This document shows, one piece after another, positions 25,830-31,121 of a stretch of 31,121 bases of DNA. Both the position numbers and the translations under genes were made by a program. The stretch's first letter is position 1. Each line of letters opens with the position of its first letter. The DNA comes from Candidatus Methylomirabilia bacterium (GTDB lineage Bacteria > Methylomirabilota > Methylomirabilia > Rokubacteriales > CSP1-6), in assembly GCA_041492755.1 (NCBI GenBank), contig JBGPXN010000043.1, forward strand, positions 1 through 31,121, given 5' to 3'. The notes beneath the pieces were generated by a model. That model saw only the letters and a program-made list of their open reading frames with translations. It was not told the origin of the DNA and searched no databases.

Positions 25830-25873
25830 GACGAAGGTCTGGCCCCATAATCGGGGCCACGGGAGGAACGCGC

Positions 25874-26410
25874 GTGATCCTCTACCACATCGCCGTCAAA
25901 GCCGTCGACGACTACATCGCCAAGCGGGAAGTCCACCGGCGCGCCCACATCGAGCGGCTCCAGGGCCTGCGCGCGGCCGGTATCCTGATCGGCGGCGGCC
26001 CGGCGCCCGACGGCCGCACCGCCGATCTCTTCTATCGCCTCCAGAAGCCCGAGCAGCTGAAGTACGCGATGGAAGAGGACCCGTACTGGACGGGCGGCGT
26101 GTGGACCGACTACACCCCGCGCAGCTACTCGCAGTTCGTCGAGCCGTGGGAGATGGTGCCGGTTGTCCTCGACGGCTCCCGCCCCGCCACGATCGTCGAA
26201 GGGCCGGTGAGCGATCTCGACATGGCGCAGCTCGCCCTCGTGGAGATGCGGGGTGCCGGCCGAATCGCGTTCGGCGGTTTCCTGGAAGGCGGCGAAACGG
26301 TGGCGGTGGCGCGATCAGCGGACGGGGCTGAAGCGGCCGGCTGGTTCACGGAGACCGGCTTCTGGCCGGCCGATCAACTACGCGCGCGGAGCTTCCTGCA
26401 CGTGTTGTAG
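25874..26410 (+). CDS. YciI-like protein (YciI domain plus a degenerate second ferredoxin-like repeat)
   Basis: HRRAHIERLQGL...LIGGGP...EEDPYWTGGVW; GGGAGG RBS. Confidence 0.75.
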   Translation: MILYHIAVKAVDDYIAKREVHRRAHIERLQGLRAAGILIGGGPAPDGRTADLFYRLQKPEQLKYAMEEDPYWTGGVWTDYTPRSYSQFVEPWEMVPVVLDGSRPATIVEGPVSDLDMAQLALVEMRGAGRIAFGGFLEGGETVAVARSADGAEAAGWFTETGFWPADQLRARSFLHVL

Positions 26411-26415
26411 TCATC

Positions 26416-27378
26416 TCAGGCGGACAGCGGATGCAGGTCGGGGCGGCAAGTCGTGCAGGGCGCGAAGCCGGCCGCTTCCGCGCGCTCGCGCGCGCCGAAC
26501 AGCGTCAGACGCGCGAGCGGCGTCGACGAGATCGATCCGCACGTCGGCAAGCAGTACTCGGATTCGCCCGCGCCGAGCGCGTACATCGTCTCGCGGGCGA
26601 TGCGGACGTCGCGCCGCGCCGCCACCGTCGGCACGCCCTCGAGCGTGAGCAGACGCTGCTTGAGGCTGACGCGACTGCCCGCGTAGCCGGTCAGCGAGCC
26701 CGAGCTGCCGATCACTCGATGACAGGGCACCACGATCGCCAGCGGGTTCCAGCGCAGCGCCTGCGCGACCGCCCGCACCGCCGACGGCTTGCCGATGTCC
26801 CTCGCGATGCGGCCGTACGACGTCACGCCGCCGTAGGGGAGCGCCGCGGTCGCATGGAGGACGTCGCGGGAGAAGCCGCTGCGCGCCAGACGGAAGTCGA
26901 GCGGCCACCCCAGCCGGGTCCGTTGACCGCCGAGGTACTCGAGGAGCTGCTGGTGCAGCGGCTCCAGCTCGGCGCCGTCCTCGATCACCTCGAGGTCCGG
27001 CATCCGCTGCAATCGGGTCGCGGCATCCGCCTCATCCGCGACGTACTGGACGAGGGCAACGCCTTCTTCCGAGCGCGCGATCAGGATCGAGCCCAGTGGC
27101 GACGGAAAGACGCGATAGACCACGGAGCGGTGGCGAAGATCGGCCAGGCGCGTCTCCAGCGTCGCCCGCGCCGGCGCCGGATCATCATCGGTCAGTGTGG
27201 TGCGCAGGCCGCCGGTCAGCGCGTCGATCTCCTGATAGCGCCCGAGCTCGACGCGGCACGGCGCGCAGACGCGGACGTGCTCCTCGATCCGCCGTGCCAC
27301 CCCCGCGCCGGCTTCGCCGACCGCGGTGGCGACGAGGTCGTCTTCGATCTCGCGACAGACGGACGGCTTGGGGGTCAT
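26416..27378 (-). CDS. ogt: Fusion: ZAS zinc-finger anti-sigma domain + O6-methylguanine-DNA methyltransferase + Ada-type Zn-binding domain (320 aa)
   Basis: N-terminal CREIEDDL...HVRVCAPC (HxxxCxxC). Central SYGRIA...RAVAQAL..NPLAIVVPCHRVIGSSGSLTGYAG. C-terminal YCLPTC...AEAAGFAPCTTCRP. ATG 27378 overlaps the sigma stop. Confidence 0.9.
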   Translation of the reverse strand: MTPKPSVCREIEDDLVATAVGEAGAGVARRIEEHVRVCAPCRVELGRYQEIDALTGGLRTTLTDDDPAPARATLETRLADLRHRSVVYRVFPSPLGSILIARSEEGVALVQYVADEADAATRLQRMPDLEVIEDGAELEPLHQQLLEYLGGQRTRLGWPLDFRLARSGFSRDVLHATAALPYGGVTSYGRIARDIGKPSAVRAVAQALRWNPLAIVVPCHRVIGSSGSLTGYAGSRVSLKQRLLTLEGVPTVAARRDVRIARETMYALGAGESEYCLPTCGSISSTPLARLTLFGARERAEAAGFAPCTTCRPDLHPLSA

Positions 27379-27902
27379 GCCGAGTCCTCCCGGCGGGGCG
27401 ACGCGTGGCCGTCGAGACCGGCGCGGAGCTTGCGAAACGCCTGGAACACGTTGGCGCGGGCGCTGTCGGCCGAGCACTCCAGGCTGCGGCCGATCTCGTC
27501 GTACGACAGGTCGTGGACCTTGCGGAGCACGAAGGCGAGCCGCTGCTTGAGCGGCAGTGCCTCGATCACGCCTTCCATCACGGACCGTGCCTCCTTGAAC
27601 AGGGCCTCGCCCTCGGGCCCTTCGCCCTCGATCTGTCGCCCGCGGCTCCTGATGCTCTCGTGGGCCGCCCGCCGCCGCCGCTCGCCGCGCGCATGGTTGC
27701 GGCGCAGGTTGGTGGCGATGGCGAAGAGCCAGGCGCGCACGTTGGCGTCGGGCGCGAGCCGGCGATAGGCGCGGAACGCTCTCAAGAAGGTCTCCTGCGA
27801 CAGATCCTCCGCCTCGCTGGCGCGGCCCGTCACCCGCCGGAGATAGCGATAGATCTCCGGATGGTGAGCCGCCACGATCGTCTCGAAGGGCTCTTGCCCC
27901 AT
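27375..27902 (-). CDS. ECF RNA polymerase sigma factor
   Basis: Region 2 EAEDLSQETFLRAFR...RAWLFAIATNL; region 4 LPLKQRLAFVLR...LSYDEIG; GGAGAGG RBS. Confidence 0.93.
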   Translation of the reverse strand: MGQEPFETIVAAHHPEIYRYLRRVTGRASEAEDLSQETFLRAFRAYRRLAPDANVRAWLFAIATNLRRNHARGERRRRAAHESIRSRGRQIEGEGPEGEALFKEARSVMEGVIEALPLKQRLAFVLRKVHDLSYDEIGRSLECSADSARANVFQAFRKLRAGLDGHASPRREDSA

Positions 27903-27920
27903 CCCTCTCCCTGCACCCTA

Positions 27921-27949
27921 TACGACACCACACCCCGCCCGATGTGAAA
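27921..27949 (-). promoter_or_regulatory. Putative ECF-type autoregulatory promoter
   Basis: Minus strand TTTCACA-N15-TGTCGTA, about 20 nt upstream of the sigma ATG; resembles TCACA/GTC-type ECF promoters. Confidence 0.4.
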
Positions 27950-27980
27950 CGCGGGGTCCAGCGTGGACCTTCGAGCGTTA

Positions 27981-28150
27981 TCGAGGAGCGCCCCGGGTTC
28001 CCCGGGGCGCTCTGAGCGTGGGGGGTATGGGGGGCCATGTCGGGGCCCCCCATCTCAGAGGGTGTGAGGGAATTCGAGGAGCGCCCCGGGTTCCCCGGGG
28101 CGCTTCCGAGCGTAAGGGGGGGTATGGGGGGCCATGTCGGGGCCCCCCAT
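27981..28150. repeat. Two tandem copies (27981-28053, 28074-28150) of palindromic repeat family B
   Basis: tcgaggagcgccccgggttccccggggcgct...gggggtatggggggccatgtcggggccccccat occurs twice, each followed by ctcag. Confidence 0.92.
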
Positions 28151-28151
28151 C

Positions 28152-29009
28152 TCAGCTGAAGCGGACGACGGCGGCGGCTCCCGCGACGATCAAGACGACC
28201 GCCACCACGACGCGCCAGGCCACCCGTTCCAGGTCGCGGAGGAAAATGGCGGCCAGCCCCACCGTGAAGACCGAGTGCGAGTTGACGAGCGGCGACACGA
28301 GCGACACGCTCGCGACGGCCAGGGCCCGCCACATCGTGAGGTACGCGATGCCCTCGGCGAACCCGGCCACGGCCAGGAATCCCAGCCCGGCCAGCGCCAG
28401 GCGTAACTGCCGGCGCTGGACCACCGCGCAGGCGGCCATGACGGCCAGCGAGCTGACCGTCGCTGCGGCGGCGGCAACCAGAGGATGAATGGGCTCGCTG
28501 AAGCCGTAGCGGCTGATGGTGTCGCGGATCCCGAATCCCAGCGCCGCCAGCAGCGGCCACACCATGTCGCGCCGGCGCCAGCCGCCCCCCCGGCCACGCG
28601 CCGACAGCAGCGCGCCACCGATCACGATGGCGCCGACGCCGATCAGCAGCATCGCCGACGGCCGCTCGCCCAGGAAGAGGATGGCGAGGGTGACCGCGAA
28701 CAGCGGCGCGCAGCTCGTGATGGCGGACGAGCGGGCGACGCCGATGCGGTCCACCCCGAGGAACAACACCAGACGCGCCAGGCCCGGCGCCGCGAGCCCC
28801 GCCACCAGGAACGGCACGATGCCGCGGTCGAATAGCTGTCCGATCGGCGCCGTCGCCGCGGCGAGGACCCAGACCAATCCGGTCGTGAAGGCGACGGAGA
28901 TCACGGCCGCGGTCAGCGGCGTGGCGTATTGCAGCGCGCGCTTGAGGCAGACGCCGCTCACCGAAAAGCCGAGCGCGGCCACGAGCGCGAAGACGGCCGG
29001 CGAGGTCAC
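28152..29009 (-). CDS. EamA/DMT-family transporter (~285 aa)
   Basis: About ten TM helices in two EamA repeats (GVARSSAITSCAPLFAVTLAILFLGER; SLVSPLVNSHSVFTVGLAAIFLRDLER). Start GTG 29009 is inferred. Confidence 0.88.
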   Translation of the reverse strand: MTSPAVFALVAALGFSVSGVCLKRALQYATPLTAAVISVAFTTGLVWVLAAATAPIGQLFDRGIVPFLVAGLAAPGLARLVLFLGVDRIGVARSSAITSCAPLFAVTLAILFLGERPSAMLLIGVGAIVIGGALLSARGRGGGWRRRDMVWPLLAALGFGIRDTISRYGFSEPIHPLVAAAAATVSSLAVMAACAVVQRRQLRLALAGLGFLAVAGFAEGIAYLTMWRALAVASVSLVSPLVNSHSVFTVGLAAIFLRDLERVAWRVVVAVVLIVAGAAAVVRFS

Positions 29010-29152
29010 GGGCGCGGGCGGCGGGAGCGAGCGAGGCGGGTCACCGCGCCATTGTAGTCGGCCTGCCGGCGCCCAGTCGATCCACTCGACCAGGAACGCG
29101 TTCGGCAAGGCGGCCGCGACGTGCAGCGACCGCTCGTGCAGTCGCAGGGCGT

Positions 29153-29746
29153 TCAGGGATCGATCTCGACGGCCACCGCGCCCGGCGGGAGCACGGCGCG
29201 CGGCAGGTCCTCGTCGACGCGGCGACCGTGGATCTTCACGATGCGACCCGGAGTGCCGACCACGGTGGCGCCGGCGGGGACGTCGCAGTTGATGACGAAC
29301 GCATTGGCGCCGATGCGGGCGTGATCGCCGACGCGGATCGGCCCGAGCAGGATCGCGTTCGTCCCGATGAAGACGTGGTCGCCGATGACCGGATGGCGCT
29401 GGCCGTGGTGCTTGCCGGTGCCGCCGAGGGTGACGTTGTGGAAGATGACGCAGTGATCGCCCACGATCGCGGTCTCCCCGATCACGACGCCGGTGCCGTG
29501 GTCGATGAAGAAGCCGCGGCCGATGCGCGCGCCCGGATGGATCTCGACCCCGGTCCAGAACCGGCTGGCCACCGATACGAGCCGGCCCAGCAGGCGAAGT
29601 CCCAGCCGCGCGTGCAGCCAGTGGGCGAGGCGATGCAGCAGCACGGCGTGCAGCGGCGTGTGGCAGAGCAGGATCTCCAGCCAGCCGTGCGCCGCGGGAT
29701 CGTTACGCTTCACCGCTCGGATGTCGTCGACCATCGTCGAGAGCAT
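29153..29746 (-). CDS. cysE: Serine O-acetyltransferase
   Basis: DPAA..WLE, TGVEIHPGARIGRGFFIDHGTGVVIGETA, VTLGGTGK..GQRHP, hexapeptide repeats; GGAGG RBS. Confidence 0.93.
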   Translation of the reverse strand: MLSTMVDDIRAVKRNDPAAHGWLEILLCHTPLHAVLLHRLAHWLHARLGLRLLGRLVSVASRFWTGVEIHPGARIGRGFFIDHGTGVVIGETAIVGDHCVIFHNVTLGGTGKHHGQRHPVIGDHVFIGTNAILLGPIRVGDHARIGANAFVINCDVPAGATVVGTPGRIVKIHGRRVDEDLPRAVLPPGAVAVEIDP

Positions 29747-29767
29747 GACCCCTCCACACGAAAACCG

Positions 29768-29860
29768 TTACCTGCGCGTCGCCTCCCATGCCTGCGCTTC
29801 AGGGAGACGACAGATGCAGTCCCGGCACCGGACCCGCCACGCCGCGCGTCCCGGAGTCAT
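29768..29860 (-). CDS. Putative Cys-rich leader peptide (30 aa) upstream of cysE
   Basis: ATG 29860 to TAA 29768 encodes MTPGRAAWRVRCRDCICRLPEAQAWEATRR; three Cys in six codons; ends 21 nt before the cysE ATG. Confidence 0.4.
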   Translation of the reverse strand: MTPGRAAWRVRCRDCICRLPEAQAWEATRR

Positions 29861-29928
29861 GATGTCCACTTATGCCGCAGCCCACCGCTGAACACAAGCG
29901 GAAGCCCCCCGGAGAACCAACGACGCCC

Positions 29929-30873
29929 TCAGGCCGCGGGCGGCGCGCCCCCGTCGGTGGGAGGACGGCGCGCGCCTTCCGCCTTCGCGGTCGGCGCGCC
30001 GCGCCGGGAGGCGGCCTGCTCGATTTCCGAGTTGATCTCGGCGCCGACGAGCAGCACCACCCCGCTCAGGTACAGCCACAGCATCAATAAAATTACGCCG
30101 CCGATGGAGCCGTAGGTGACGTTGTAGTCGGCGACGTGGGCCACGTAGAAGCGCAGCGCCATCGACATCGCGAGCCACGCCACCAGGGCGAACAGCGAGC
30201 CCGGGGTCACCCAGTACCACGTCTGCTTCACCGCGGGCGCGAAGTAGTACACCATCGCGAGCCCGGCGAGCGCGGCCGCCCCCACCGCCGGCCACTGCAC
30301 GACGTTCCAGGCCACCGTGAAGATCCGGCCCAGCCCCAGCGCGCTCGCGATCGTCTCGCCGATCCTCGGACCGAAGGCCAGGAGGACGAGGGCCAGGATG
30401 ATGAACGCCGAGAAGCCCACGGTCAGGAGGAGGGCGACGAGCTTGCGCTTCCACCACGGCCGCGGGTCCTTCACGCCGTAGGCCACGTTGAGCGCGGCGA
30501 TGACCGCCGTCATGCCGTTGGACGAGCCCCACAACGCGCCGAGCACGCCGACCGAGAGGAGACCGCCCCGCGCGCCCCGGATGATCTCCGTCATCGTCTT
30601 CTGCACGATGGACACCGTGTCGGCCGGGAGCACCCGGCCCAGGTAGTCCATCCGCTGGTCCATCAGTCGCGGAAACGGGAGAAGGCCGAGAAGGGTCGTG
30701 AGGAACAGCAGCGTGGGAAAGAGCGCGAAGATGAAGTAGTACGAGAGGGCGGCGGCGCGGTCGGCGATCTCGTCTTCGCCGATCTGGTCCCACACCCGAC
30801 GAGCCAGCCCGCTGATGCCGAGGCCGCCCAGGCGCCACGGCGACGCGCGCAGTGGCACCGCCTCGGGAGTCAT
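29929..30873 (-). CDS. YihY/virulence factor BrkB-family membrane protein (~314 aa)
   Basis: AAALSYYFIFALFP, ALNVAYGV, YNVTYGSIGGVILLMLWLYLSGVVLLVGAEINSEIE. Start ATG 30873 with GAGGG RBS. Confidence 0.92.
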   Translation of the reverse strand: MTPEAVPLRASPWRLGGLGISGLARRVWDQIGEDEIADRAAALSYYFIFALFPTLLFLTTLLGLLPFPRLMDQRMDYLGRVLPADTVSIVQKTMTEIIRGARGGLLSVGVLGALWGSSNGMTAVIAALNVAYGVKDPRPWWKRKLVALLLTVGFSAFIILALVLLAFGPRIGETIASALGLGRIFTVAWNVVQWPAVGAAALAGLAMVYYFAPAVKQTWYWVTPGSLFALVAWLAMSMALRFYVAHVADYNVTYGSIGGVILLMLWLYLSGVVLLVGAEINSEIEQAASRRGAPTAKAEGARRPPTDGGAPPAA

Positions 30874-30913
30874 CGCCCTCAGGACGTCATGGCTGACCGC
30901 CATCAGTATCGAT

Positions 30914-30957
30914 TGATTCAAGCGAAGTGCCAGCGTGATCCAAGCGAAGTGCCAGCG
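30914..30957 (-). repeat. 22-bp tandem duplication containing sigma54-like -24/-12 motifs
   Basis: tgattcaagcgaagtgccagcg followed by tgatccaagcgaagtgccagcg; the minus strand reads CTGGCAC-ttcgc-TTG(A/G). Confidence 0.75.
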
Positions 30958-30961
30958 CCAG

Positions 30962-30991
30962 TTGACAGCGTCGCGGCACGATCGGTATGGT
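30962..30991 (+). promoter_or_regulatory. Sigma70-type promoter for the TrpB2-like gene
   Basis: TTGACA (30962-67), 18 nt, TATGGT (30986-91). Confidence 0.65.
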
Positions 30992-31041
30992 GAGCGGACG
31001 TCCCCGCCCGAGTCTGCTGCGATGGGCCGAAGGAGGCCGGC

Positions 31042-31121
31042 ATGGCGACCGCGTCCGACCGCAACCGGGTCAAGTACCTCCTCGACGAACGCGAGATCCC
31101 GACCAAGTGGTACAACATCAT
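31042..31121 (+). CDS. trpB: 5' fragment of a TrpB-like PLP enzyme (TrpB2), truncated by the window end
   Basis: AGGAGG RBS; MATASDRNRVKYLLDEREIPTKWYNI matches the TrpB2 N-terminus (L..x.IP..WYNI). Confidence 0.75.
   Translation, partial: MATASDRNRVKYLLDEREIPTKWYNI

Noticed and set aside
25841..25858. GGCCCC-ataatc-GGGGCC hairpin as a terminator
   Set aside because: No U-tract, and it sits upstream of a gene start around a CATAAT -10-like hexamer; more likely promoter/operator or a repeat remnant, with too little support to call.
18671..26331. Very long antisense ORFs (e.g. 18671-21313 minus, 23296-26331 plus, also 8695-10764 minus)
   Set aside because: Shadow frames of real high-GC genes, with no recognisable motifs.
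29747..29928. SAM or T-box riboswitch upstream of cysE
   Set aside because: No SAM-I core or T-box (UGGNACC) consensus recognisable; a leader-peptide model fits better.
30918..31121. 67-aa minus-strand ORF at the window end
   Set aside because: Antisense to the TrpB2-like start and its promoter, which have clear SD and family motifs.

Overview
High-GC bacterial window; the gene repertoire and G/C-run palindromic repeats suggest Ca. Rokubacteria/Methylomirabilota, but that is inference only. Bases ~190-22050 form a hopanoid-centred membrane-lipid supercluster. A leftward, tightly coupled operon (CruF-like membrane protein, hpnH, small hypothetical, hpnG, hpnA, hpnD, two Zn polyol dehydrogenases, PagL-like barrel, then ispH) diverges from shc-mlaEFD-mlaC/hpnM. 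The shc operon runs directly into a phosphonopyruvate-decarboxylase-like enzyme, a cytidylyltransferase and a CDP-alcohol phosphotransferase, followed by a Phd-VapC pair, a 2OG-Fe(II) oxygenase and ino1-hpnN. The rest holds a ~240-bp MITE-like hairpin, a Ski2/HelY-like helicase coupled to an MntA-HepT pair, a YciI-like protein, an ECF sigma factor with a ZAS-MGMT-Ada-Zn fusion partner, an EamA transporter, cysE, yihY and the start of a TrpB2-like gene. Best candidates for undescribed biology: (1) a hopanoid operon fused to phosphonate/inositol head-group chemistry; (2) an alkylation-sensing ECF/anti-sigma-alkyltransferase system, i.e. a rewired Ada response; (3) a Cys-rich leader peptide upstream of cysE; (4) dispersed REP-like repeats with covarying GNA-triloop hairpins. 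All calls rest on motif recognition by eye; no searches were run.
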